Source of the DNA: Paraspadella gotoi | Lineage: Eukaryota > Animalia > Chaetognatha | DNA length: 64,000 nt | Assembly (NCBI GenBank): GCA_051294375.1 | Contig: CM119267.1 | Coordinates: 15,664,105-15,728,104 of the forward strand | Direction: 5' to 3' | In this document: one piece after another, positions 11,163 to 22,400 of the stretch | Numbering within the stretch: the first letter of the stretch is position 1 | Layout: every line of letters begins with the position of its first letter | Notes under the pieces: model-generated | Database searches by the model: none | Told to the model about the DNA's origin: nothing | The model's input: the letters and a program-made list of their open reading frames with translations, nothing else | Translations under genes and position numbers: made by a program

Positions 11163-13220
11163 TCAATACTCTGATTCAAGACAAGGGTCTGAATTGCCGT
11201 CGGTTCTGAGTAATCGCGCTTCGTCAATTCTCCTTCGGTCATCGTTCCCCGATGATCTTGATACGAAATCGTCCCCTTCGGCGTTCAAATCCTTGACGAC
11301 CTCTTCACAAAGCTCCAGCTTGGCAGCGCCAGTGGAGAGCACGGGACTAGTCGCGTCCTCCAATTCCTCCACGCTGGGAACCACTAACTTCTTTCCCCTC
11401 TCCTCGACAATCTCGTCTACGGCCGTAAGGCGAATAGGTTTCCCAACGAATTCTTCAAGCTTCACGTCCGTCTTCGTCTTTTCCTCTAAATATTCATCAT
11501 AAAAGTGGGGTTGCGTCTTGGCTACGCCGTAATCCTCAAGAAGCGCGCGACCTGTTGATCTCGCGACTCGCTTGGCGAGCGCCTTGGCCCCAAAGGCGCC
11601 CGATAAATAACCAGCATACCCTATGTTACCGACAGCTTCGAGCCCACCGGAAGCTGTCTCAGCGACTTCGCTCCCAAAACGCCGATCGATAAGCTTGACA
11701 CTTTCGTCGGCGATGCTGGACGCCAAGATTCTTCCGGCGGCCTCGAGTCCCTGATAGACGGTGACGAATCCTTCCAACCCGCCGGAAATGACTGTCAATG
11801 CTTTGTCGGTAGCCGTAATTCTGCCTGTTCCACCTCTTTCCGACGACTCGCCGCCAATGCGGTACTTTTCTGGCAGATATTTGTTGGCCTGCGTTTTGAC
11901 GACTGGCGACACTTTGCGGCCTACGAACATCGTGGCATCGCCCAGCTTTTCCAGGACGAACCCGCCGGCGACGACGGCCGCTTGAGACCCGCGTTTAGCG
12001 ACGTCGACGGAAAACTTGACCTTGGGATCGACGGCGATCGGCGCCGCGAGTGGCTCGATCTTTTCGCGCAGCATCTCAGAGCCCCTTCGAATTCCGCTGC
12101 CCGCCAGTTGAGCGCCTTTGACCAAACCCTGAGAGAGGGTGCTGGCACCGGTCAACATTCCGCGAGCGACGAAATCCGCAGCGAGGGCTCCCCTAGGCTG
12201 AACGCGGTGATGCGAAGTTGCTGCCGTAGCGTTAAGTTGAGAGGACTCAATTCTGTCGTCCGACTGGCCTCCGACCAAACCAAGAGACTCAGCCTCCTCT
12301 CTCGTCAACAGCAAAGCTAGATCGTGTAGGCATTCTTCAAAAACGTATTTGATATCCAGAGCGACAGCATTCGGGTCAAGAACCAATCCAACTGCTGTCT
12401 CCGTAGCAAGATGCGACACGGAAGAGACCTCTTGGCCAAGATCAGGGAACATATAGGTATTATCGCTGGTCTTAAGAATCGGGGATAAAACTCGTTGGCT
12501 CAAAGGGAAAATCCAATCGTCCACTTGAAGTATATGTTCTAAGCAATTAAAGTTTTCTTGCTGATCTCTTGGTGTTGGAAGTTTGTAAATGACCAATGCG
12601 GAAGTAACAGAGTCAGAGTTAGGGAAAACCTCTTGCGTGGAGGGATTAACACGGAACACTCGGACGCCGTCGTCGATTCGAAACAACTCTCTAGTGACTT
12701 CGACGCGCCACTCAGGAGAGTAAAGGGTCTTTTCCTTTGCATCTTTTCCGCAGTCCGACGCCGAAGAGGACGGCTCAATTGTTGCCGGCGGGGTTGCATC
12801 CGGGTAATGAGCATCGGATGTTTTCCTCGATGACGGCGGCTCCGGAAATTCCGAATAAGGGGGAGGGCGCGGGGGAATAGAATTGGTATCCGTCTCGCTG
12901 TACGGTGGCGGTGGCGAATTTCGTTTCATCTCCGGAGCCGATCCCGCTCTCTCGAGTCGCTCTAGAAGTTTCACTCTGGCTCGGGCTTGCATTCCGTGTT
13001 GACGCATCTCGCGTTGAAGCTTTCGGGCGTCAGTCCAGGCGTGGCCGACGCAGCCCGTCAAATCGCATCGGACCTCGAGCCCCGCATTCATGACTGCCAG
13101 GCCTTGCCGATATGAAGCAAGAGCCGCAACCGTCTCGCCAGACTCGTCGTGGGTGAGGGCTTCCGACAAAAGGGTGAGGCCTTCGGCATGGCAGCCACGG
13201 ATCAGGCCTAGGCCATCCAT
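11163..13220 (-). CDS. SPART: Spartin (SPG20), single exon
   Basis: N-terminal MIT-like helix bundle (LSEALTHDE...ALASYRQGL), PPxY motifs (PPPYS twice), central LQVDDWIFPL...YMFPD, C-terminal senescence domain (GFVTVYQGLEAAGRILA). Confidence 0.9.
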   Translation of the reverse strand: MDGLGLIRGCHAEGLTLLSEALTHDESGETVAALASYRQGLAVMNAGLEVRCDLTGCVGHAWTDARKLQREMRQHGMQARARVKLLERLERAGSAPEMKRNSPPPPYSETDTNSIPPRPPPYSEFPEPPSSRKTSDAHYPDATPPATIEPSSSASDCGKDAKEKTLYSPEWRVEVTRELFRIDDGVRVFRVNPSTQEVFPNSDSVTSALVIYKLPTPRDQQENFNCLEHILQVDDWIFPLSQRVLSPILKTSDNTYMFPDLGQEVSSVSHLATETAVGLVLDPNAVALDIKYVFEECLHDLALLLTREEAESLGLVGGQSDDRIESSQLNATAATSHHRVQPRGALAADFVARGMLTGASTLSQGLVKGAQLAGSGIRRGSEMLREKIEPLAAPIAVDPKVKFSVDVAKRGSQAAVVAGGFVLEKLGDATMFVGRKVSPVVKTQANKYLPEKYRIGGESSERGGTGRITATDKALTVISGGLEGFVTVYQGLEAAGRILASSIADESVKLIDRRFGSEVAETASGGLEAVGNIGYAGYLSGAFGAKALAKRVARSTGRALLEDYGVAKTQPHFYDEYLEEKTKTDVKLEEFVGKPIRLTAVDEIVEERGKKLVVPSVEELEDATSPVLSTGAAKLELCEEVVKDLNAEGDDFVSRSSGNDDRRRIDEARLLRTDGNSDPCLESEY

Positions 13221-13452
13221 CGCAGTGCGATGGAAAAAAAGCCCAATAAAAAATTACTAAATGAATTTGTAAATATCTTGTTAACATTAAAAAGTTTGGA
13301 ATTAATTTATTTTGAAAATACAGTCGTGAAAAAATGCATTATCACAATTATAATTTTCAGATAAAAAACTTAATGATTCACAATTTTTAACGATTCAAAT
13401 AATATCAATGACTAGGTAGAACAAAGGTAGCAACTCGACAAGAGTTATCTTT

Positions 13453-16400
13453 TCATAATTTAGCTTTTCGCGGAGCCGGTAAAATGTCCTTGATTTTCGT
13501 TGCCAATCCCATGTTTCCCGAAATCTTGAACATTCCACGGAGAAAAGCTTGAGGAGGGTTGAGCTTTCCCTGCATCAGTTGAATTAAAACTCCGTCGTCG
13601 ATAGAGATAGTCACATCGGCTTTCGGAAGGAGTTCCTTTCGTTCGAAGAACTATAATCATTTTTTGTAATTATGCACATCAAACGTAAATATCATTGTTA
13701 AACCTACGTTCTACTTTTCTTACTTATTTTTGAGATTGTGAGTCACCCCTCACTGTGAGCTTAAGACAGAGAATACAGTTCTCATTTTTCTTCTTTTATT
13801 GTATTCTCATTTTTTAAATTCTGATAATAAAAGTTCTTATTTTTTAAATTCTTATAATAAAATTTAAATTTGTGGTTCCATATGGAACCGGGATTCTTCA
13901 TGGTTTTCCCCACCAACAAAGTGAGCATCTGCTCTGCAAACGCGAAATCTCCCGAGAGAAAAAAGAAGAGGAAACCTCCTCTTCCCCGCCTCTCCTTCCC
14001 CCTCGTACGCACCTCCTCAGTACGCCGACACGAGACAGAATCACTCGTAACCAAGCAAACCAAGAGGGGGGAATCCCGCGAAGACTTCCGGTGATGTGTC
14101 ACGCCCACCTACCGGACGTCGTAGAAGGGGGGGATGAGAAACCGCAAAAAACCAGTCCATGGACGAAAACCGGGTCTGGAGAAACTGACGGCCGGACGAG
14201 GCAACGGCCGAAAGAGCTGTCGGGCGATCAGTCGGCGTCCTTAGACGTCCCTGGAGCCCCGCCCCTACGCTTGGGAGGCGGCGAAGACTTGCGAGGCCGG
14301 TAGGGACGGCGAGCGGGACTACGCGGACTGCCACGCCCATGCTTGCGGCTAGCAGAACAGGCGCAATTGTGTGGCGCCCCGGAGCGGAGAAGCGAAGAAT
14401 GGAACGCTTGAGATCCGAAGGGGCAGCGTCGACAACTAAGCGCCGAGACTCGGAGGGCCGAACCAAAATCGCCGCCAAACCCGACGAGGCGTCTCCAAGG
14501 GGCTTGGCAAGATCGTCAAGGTGGCCTGCGTCCACTGCACCGGGCCCCTCCGAGCGAAGGGCCTCAACCATGAGGCGGAGAGCGTCAGCGACAGAAAGGA
14601 CATGAGCGGACGCTCCGGCGTCCCTCATGATGCGCTCAAAAGCCTTGAAGCGCGCGTCGTCTTGGAGTCCTTCCGAACGGCGTCGAACTGAGCGGCAAGG
14701 CAACTCTCTTGAGCAGGAGGAACAAAATCCGCCGGCGAAGAGACATCCGACCAGCGCCGGAAACGCGTATTGGCGGAAAGCACGTCCCACGACGTAAAAG
14801 AACGTCGTCCTGGCCAACTCTGCGCAAATCCCTCCACTGCTGTAGGACCCACTCCGAAGGCTGTACAGAAGCACGACGAGACAAGAAATTGTCAAACCCC
14901 GCAGCAGACTCTTCAAGGAGGAACCCTCCTCTGATCCGGAAACGGAGACGTCGTCGTCGACTTGCGCAGATGGGGCGACGAGGAAGGCGTGACGCAGTCA
15001 CCCGCTCGGAGCGTGAAGGCCGATCCGCCGCCAAAGAGGCCGCCAAAGAAGCGAAGACTCCAAGTCGCTGGCGAACAACGAAGATCGACGAAGAACGGCG
15101 AAATGGCGAACAGAGGCATCCAAGAACCATGAAGAAAACGTACATGGAAAAAAAGAGAAATCATTGAAAAATGACAGTCTCAAAAAAAGACCCCCAAAAA
15201 ACACCCCACCAAACACAAGCGAGCCTGAGCCGCCCTCCACCACCGTGGGTGCCAGGGGTGGACGGTGGTGGTTGTTGGTGGGGAAGAACCATGAAGAATC
15301 CCGGTTCCATATGGAACCACAAATTCTATCATGTAGTTCTTCCCCACCAAAAGTGAGCCTGTAACAAGACCAGGCGAAGGCCGACAAAAACAAACAAACA
15401 AAGTCGAGTTAGGTGGGGCACAGGAGGAAAACCCCTCTGTACGCGAATGTACGCCAAAAAAAGGCGAAAAAACAAAACGAAAAGAAGAACTCACCGCCGA
15501 AGACTCTCCAATTCGGAACGAGACGAGCGGCGAAACTCCTTAAATTCGCGACGAACGCTAGAAAGAGCGTTGCTAATTTGGAGAAGAACTGCCTCCATCT
15601 GAAGGGGCATGACTTCGGCCTGACCAGAAAAGCCCGGAATGGCTGATCGGTGGAGGCGGTGGAGGCGGCGGCGAAGAGACATGAGGGTAGTCGAGTTGAA
15701 AAAACACGCGCCTCAGTCCAAAAAACGGAGAGCACTGGACAAACAAGGGGGCCGAAAACAAGGTTCTTCCCCCCTGCAGCCGTACTAAGCGCCGTGGGCA
15801 AACGAGAGGGCCGAGTCGCAGCTCTTCCCTCCGCAGCCGCGCAGGGTGCGTCGAGGGCAAGCGAAAGGGCCGAGTCAAGGCTCTTCCCTCCGAAGCCACG
15901 CACAACGAAGACGAAAAAGATGGCGGCCATGAAGAGAAAACTTCAAAAAGCCACGTGTTGAAGAATATCTGTATTCTGAACTCCAAAAAAAGAGAAACGA
16001 AAAATATGCAAAATTATTCAACAAAAATAATCAAAAAATATTTTCGTAAAAAAGCCGGGAGACTGTGAGCGCAAAGGCGCAAAGGCGAAAAGTGATTCTG
16101 TCTCGTGTCGGCGTACTGAGGTAGCGTACGGGAGGGGGAAGAGAAGGCGGGGAAGAGGAGGTTTCCTCTTCTTTTTTCTCTCGGGAGATGTCGCGTTTGC
16201 AGAGCAGATGCTCACTTTGTTGGTGGGGAAGAACTACATGATAGAATTCTATTGATTCTGTTTTTAAATAAAATAATTAATAGCCTAAAAACTACCTACA
16301 TCCTTCCTTCCCTCAGCATACCTTGACCGTCCCTTGTCCGTCAGCGACGTCGACGATCCAATACCCGGTATCCACTCCAGGAGCTTTGACGTGAAACGCA

Positions 16401-18957
16401 AAGACTCCCTTCAATTTTGAAGCTTTGTCGGGGAGACCTGTAAGCCCGGACTTGAACCCTTTCAAAGTTTGTCTTATCTCTTCAAAGACGACTCGTGATC
16501 GAAAACGGGAAGGCCACTTTTCAAAATCTTCGATGGCCGTATTAACGTTTTCCGGGGATATAGCGTTGCGTGATTTACTCGGAGCCCGATAAATCCCAAC
16601 GACAGCGGCGCCGCCAATCCCGATGTTGTGTTGAAGGCCGATCTTGGCGCCATCGACTTGCCGCTTATCGGCGGCACCGCGCAGCTGCCAAACGATCTCG
16701 GCGCATTGAGCCAAGCCTGTGGCACCCAAAGGGTGACCTTTCGAAAGAAGTCCCCCGCTAGGGTTGATAACGTATTTTCCCCCATAAGTGTTGTCGCCAG
16801 CATCGATGAAACTCCCAGCTTTACCTGCCCATAATTTAATATATTTAAAAATAAAACTTTGGCGTCGTTATAACCGTAGCCGTATAATTACATGAAAGAG
16901 AACTGACCGGGTGGGCATAATTCCAAAGCCTCATAGGTTATTAATTCATTGGCAGTAAAACAGTCGTGTAGTTCAATGACGTCGACGTCCGCAATACCGA
17001 TTCCTGATAAAATAAAATAATGGAAGTATTTTAGGGAGAAATAATAGCAGTGGGGTTAAAAAATTTATGTAGCGTTTAAAAAAAAATTTAATCGATATAG
17101 CTATAGAATTAACAAAAAAAAATTAAGTGATATATATCGATGGAAAAGACGTATTGCCTGCTTTACGCAACGCTTTCTGAGCCGCAAGTTGCGTCATGTG
17201 ATAACCGACCAAAGCTTTCGAAGTTTTCTGATCGAAAGTGGACGGTAAATCAGTAACCATTTCGAGAGACAGTATGGCTACTCCTTGACCTTCAAGGTTT
17301 CGTCGATGCAAAAATTTTTCCGAGCAAATTATAACTGCCGCAGCTCCGTCAGACGTTGGACAACACTGTATTTCCATTTATCATTTTAAATTTCTACAAA
17401 TTTGTCTCAACTCCGTTTCTTTTTTTCCCACGTTTTTTATTGGCTCAACCTGTAGTTTAGTTAACGGATCGTGCACGGTTCGTGAAGACAGAACATCTTC
17501 TATCGTCAATGGTTCCCGCATTTGAGCTCCTGGGTTGTTCATGGCATGACGACGGTTCTTTACGGCTATCTGAGCGAGATGGCGGGGAAGAGATCCATGC
17601 AATTTAATATGATCCCGGCCTGGAATAGTAAGTTAAATACTTAAGATTAGTATTAGTTTTATTTTATGCAACGTCAGTTAAAGAAAAAAGTCATACCTGC
17701 ATTTCCAAAAAGCTGCGCCATTACCGAAAAGGATTCCACCTCCGAAAATTCTCCCATAGCAGAAACGTGTTTATCACAGGGGTTGGTCCTTTCTTCAAAT
17801 TTTTTTTAGTGAACAAAACGCGTGGATGTTATTAATTTTAAAATGACCAGCAAGTTGGATTGGTATTGCGCGGCAAAGACTTTTTATAACTACACAACTA
17901 GCATTGATGTATTAACACTGATGAAGGTCTGAAACTAAGACCGAAACATGTCTGATTTTTCGTTGTGAAAACTACACAAGTATAAAAAATGCACTAGAAG
18001 CGTATTATTTTATGTCAAGTATTAACTAATTTTAAAACGAAATAAACCGCATTGACATTCTGATCACGTGATGGCATTTCTACTCGCTCGGTCACGTGAC
18101 TATACAAATATGGAACATATATGCACATTGCACAAGCGTTTAGTAATTCTTGACCTTACCCCCATTACTTTAACTAGAAGGAATTAAAACAAATATGAAT
18201 TTCAGGTCATATTATCAAATTTTCTGGGGATAACGGGATTATTTTTTAGTTTTCATTTTTCACATTTTTAAAAGCAGATTCGAATTCTTCACGAAATTTT
18301 CGTTAATTTTAATTTAATAATAATATGACCGAAATTATGAGCATTTATAACGTAGGTGGGAGAGACCAACGTACCAGCGAATCAACCGATCGCCACCAAA
18401 GTTTCTTAAAGAGTTGCTTCGCGAGTATACGCGGCGCAGACAAAAGTATAGAGTGCACAATTTTTTTTTTAATTTATGTAATACGCAAATGGCTAAAAAT
18501 TGGAGAAAACCTAACAACCTGGAAACTTTGGAGACAAAGATCCCTTTTCCATCTTTTCGAATCCAAGAGCAAGAACACAGTCCACATTTCCACCTGATAC
18601 CACTTGAAAAGCAAGGTGAAGCGCTGAAGATCCTGAACTGAAAAGGTGATTGTTTGGTCTGTTTGAAAATTCTTTTTTTCCAAATCAACCGAACACAAAT
18701 TCTTACCAACAAGCATTGTTTACATTAAGTATGGGTATACCGGTGAGCCCAAGCTCGTACAATGCTCGCTGGCCACTACAGGTTTCCCCATAAACGTAGC
18801 CAACAAATGCTTGTTCAATGTCCTTATATTTCAAGTTTGCATCCTCCAGGGCTTGCAAAGTGGCTTTAACGGCGAGTTCTGGATAATCCGGTACATTTTC
18901 TTGCGAAGGCTTGTAAAACGGCGTCATTCCAACGCCGATAACATAAATACTGACCAT
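13453..18957 (-). CDS. SCP2: Sterol carrier protein X (peroxisomal thiolase + SCP2 domain), multi-exon
   Basis: [65 protein letters not shown]. The last exon (13453-13650) encodes an SCP2 domain ending in the PTS1 signal AKL*. Confidence 0.95.
13867..16248. mobile_element. Non-autonomous DIRS1-like (tyrosine-recombinase class) retroelement in the last SCPx intron
   Basis: ~135-bp inverted terminal repeats (~13905-14045 and ~16091-16230) with unequal terminal extensions. An internal complementary region at 15272-15358 is the reverse complement of both termini joined at AATT. GC-rich body, no RT or YR visible. Confidence 0.85.
14041..14916 (-). pseudogene. Possible DIRS gag-like remnant ORF
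   Basis: 291-aa ORF inside the DIRS-like element. The segment [23 protein letters not shown] loosely resembles DIRS ORF1 C-terminal motifs (by-eye resemblance only). Confidence 0.3.
17912..17958 (+). ncRNA. Minimal type-I hammerhead ribozyme motif (Penelope-like element type) in an SCPx intron
   Basis: CTGATGA (17918-17924), stem II GGTCT/AGACC, GAAAC, palindromic mini stem III ACATGT, GTC cleavage triplet. Stem I is weak. Confidence 0.65.
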
Positions 18958-19106
18958 TTTGAACTATAACAGATAGCGTAAAGGAATATCACAGACATTT
19001 CAGGAGAAAAATATGATTATCACATATTCGGGCTCATTTTACACAACTTTCACAAGTAAAGCTTTTAATAACAGTAAAAAAATTAAATTTACAAAGTTAA
19101 AAGTAA

Positions 19107-19286
19107 AATTTTACTTACGCCGATCGGGGTTTTGGCGTTTTTTTAAAAGCCACTTAAAAATACTTATTTAAAAAAAAAATTTAAAAAATAGTATCTAATA
19201 ACCCTAACCAAAAACCGGTTAACCCTAACCACCCCAAACCCTAAACCACCCTTACTTCCCCAACCCAGGCCGGCGAAAGTAAAATT
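19107..19286. mobile_element. MITE-like element with internal TAACCC-type repeats
   Basis: 16-bp inverted repeat AATTTTACTTACGCCG / CGGCGAAAGTAAAATT (1 mismatch) enclosing several degenerate TAACCCTAACC units. Confidence 0.45.
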
Positions 19287-19392
19287 ATGCAAAATTAAAT
19301 TTACCCAAATAAATTTTATCATCCACTTTTAAACTCAGAACAATTTTAATTTTGTACGTATTTAAGGACTTACTCGTTCTACTTGAGTTTTA

Positions 19393-19425
<33 letters not shown>

Positions 19426-19472
19426 AAAAGTTTGAAAACAGAATAAAATTTATTTCCAATGAAAGTTGGTAA

Positions 19473-22400
19473 TTAAGCTAATAAGGACATCCACATAAAA
19501 AATAACATAGCATTAATCATATCTTCAACAAGCTCTTGCAATGCTAATTCGTTCAAACTTCTTGAGTTATTCATAGAATTTGAAAGTCTCACATTAGCGT
19601 CTACAACAGTGGTTCCACTTTCGTTCTCAACAATGAAACTACTGGATCTGTTATGCTTTAGTGATTGTGGGGGACCATCTTGACACAAACATATTACATC
19701 TTTTGTGCCAGTTAAGGTGTTTAAATACAAACAGACAAGTATTTTTAAGTTTTTCGGATTCAATATAACGTAATAATGCTCTACTTTGTCGTTTGATTCA
19801 AAAATTTTGCAATTTGACTCTCCAAATTTATTCACTAAATACTTAGCTAAGCGTTGAAACCAGTTGATATTCATATTCAAAAATGAGTGTATTTGAGGAT
19901 CCGCATCTATTAACCTTCTAAATATTGAAGTAGAATTCATGAGCTCTTCAAATTCGTAAAAAGCTAACTTTGCCACATGCTCATTTCCACTGTCTCGAGC
20001 TTTTGCCTCATCCTCTCCCTTAACTAATCGTCGCCACAAATCTTCTCTTCGGCAATGTTTCTTTGCCTCCAGTATCAACTTGACAATTCTATCACGAGTA
20101 GAATCCATTTCACTTTCGAGTACCAAACCAGCAGCGGTTTCAATTTGGTCTTTGCTTGACATAGACGTCTTTGATGTCCAAGAAACTGTATTATCATTAT
20201 TAGTTACTTTAGTGAGACTAAACGACTCACTCCGGGCTCTCTTTGTCGTTATTACTGTGTTGGTTCCATTTTCAGTATCAGAGTTAATGTCAACATCTTT
20301 TAAAGTTTGAGTGACATTAATAGGTGGATTATTAGTGGAATTTTTAACCGTGAGTTTATCCAAAGTTATTCTCGGAAATAGATTTCGCCTTGAAGTGCCC
20401 AAAAGATAAAACTGAAGTACTAAATTGTGACAGTTAGAACTGGAAATGACACCTTTGGACTTTAAACTAAGATTGTTTAAATCCATCCTCGCAGTGTCTT
20501 TTTCGTTGTAATAAATAATCAAACCAACATCAACTTCCTCGGCGGGTCTTCGAGGTAGGCTGGCAAATGGAATTTCTGGGGGAACGGTAACCTTTCGAAT
20601 AGAATGCTGAGTAAGAGCATATTCGGCTGATGTACTCGCCATTTCACCAGAGGCTTCTAAAAAGTCTGACTCTATTGGCTTTATTCGTTTTCCCTTCAAA
20701 TTAAATTGCTTGTCTTGACAAAGAAGATATTCATAAACGGTGGAGCAAGACATGCTAGCAAGATTGACACTTATAACTCCTTTTAACAGCTTATTACGAG
20801 CCCATCTTGGAGCGATAGTGAAAAATTTTGAGAAGTCATAAGCAAATGAGGGTAAATGATAGTCTCTAGGCAAAATAGAAGAACGAGCTGAGATGTGATC
20901 CATTATATGCCTCAAATGGAAGTCATGGCTAAACGAGTTTAAATGAGTCATGTCTTTTAATCGGTCAACTTCCTCTAAAAAAATTTTAATTTGAGAACTT
21001 TTGCTATTTTCAACCAAATCGTGAAAACAGTCTAAAACATAAAGTTTAACAGAAAAAAGTCTCCTCTGTTGACTAGTATCTCCAGTTGTCCATGCTAACT
21101 CCAGTAAAATGATTCCCGCTGGAAAAGATTTTTGCAAAAATTTACTTAGAACTTGAGTAGGATCAGATTCGGTTGATTCTCGTCTAATAGTTGGGGATGA
21201 AATTTGTGTCAGAGGAGGATGATAATTTGAAAAGGAAGATAACGACCTTCCTTGAATTTGTCTTTTAGGACTAGAAGATCGAGTTTGAACTAGAACAAAG
21301 CCCAACGATTGCAAGAACTGAATATATTCCTGGACAAATCTATTTTTTATATCCTGATGCCACTCAGGTTCAGAGCTTTTTCCAACATTAATAGAAGACA
21401 AAGAATTTTGCCCTCTTAATAAAGATTCCCGCCAAATTGGACTAAATAACAATGGAGAACTAACAAAATGAAGCAACCTCGAATTTTTTTTCAATAAACG
21501 GAGAAGGTCGCTAGTTATTGGTACATTGACAGTTGGGCCAACGCTTTCGGTCCAAAAATAATGAAGTTCATCCAAACGTTGCCATTTATCTCGCTGAATT
21601 TTTTCAGTATGTCGAACCTCTAATAATTGTTTCCCATGCTTCTGAATAACATCTTTAGCAATATCATATGAACAAACATGAAGCGGTTTTGGAGGCATGG
21701 CATCCCGTAAAACATCATTAACTATTTGACTTTCGTTCGCAGAGGGCGATGACATACTGACATCTTCATTCACTCTAGATACTTGAGTATTTAGTTTCAA
21801 TAATGAAGAAGACCTGCCACGATGAGACTGTAAAGAATATATCTTAGGTTTAGTTAAACGAATCAATTCTTCTGCATTTTTTTCATCTGTAATATATGGA
21901 TTGGTATCATTTGAAAAAGGCTCTGATGAGAGATCACCAAATTTATAATGATGAAACAAGCCCATCTTTTGCATAACAATGGACGTCATTAAATGAGATC
22001 TTGCATTAAACCACTGACTCAGCTTCTGAAGCGTGCTTGACAAGGATGCCTGAATAGTAGGGTGCAAATTGTAGGAGTATAAAATGAGTTGTTTATCGCA
22101 TGCTTTGATGAATATTAATTTTTGTCGAGGGACGATTAGATTAAAATTTTCAGAGCTTAGAGGCTGACTAAGTTGAATTTCAGTATCAAGTGGCTGAAAT
22201 TTTTGAAAAAAATTTGTATCTTTTGTTAATTTAACTTCATTTTGCTTTTCATGCAGAAATTTTCGCCAAACGTTGTTATTTCGAGATATCATTATCCACT
22301 GATTGGGTTTTTCTGACTTTGTATTTCTTTTGTAATGACTAACTAAAAAATATTTATCAGAATAGTCATCAAATCTAAACAGGCGACAAGGTGAATCTGG

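Noticed and set aside
19394-19422. Poly(A) run after SZT2 as a retrocopy tail
   Set aside because: It is poly(T) on the SZT2 sense strand, the wrong orientation for an mRNA-derived tail.
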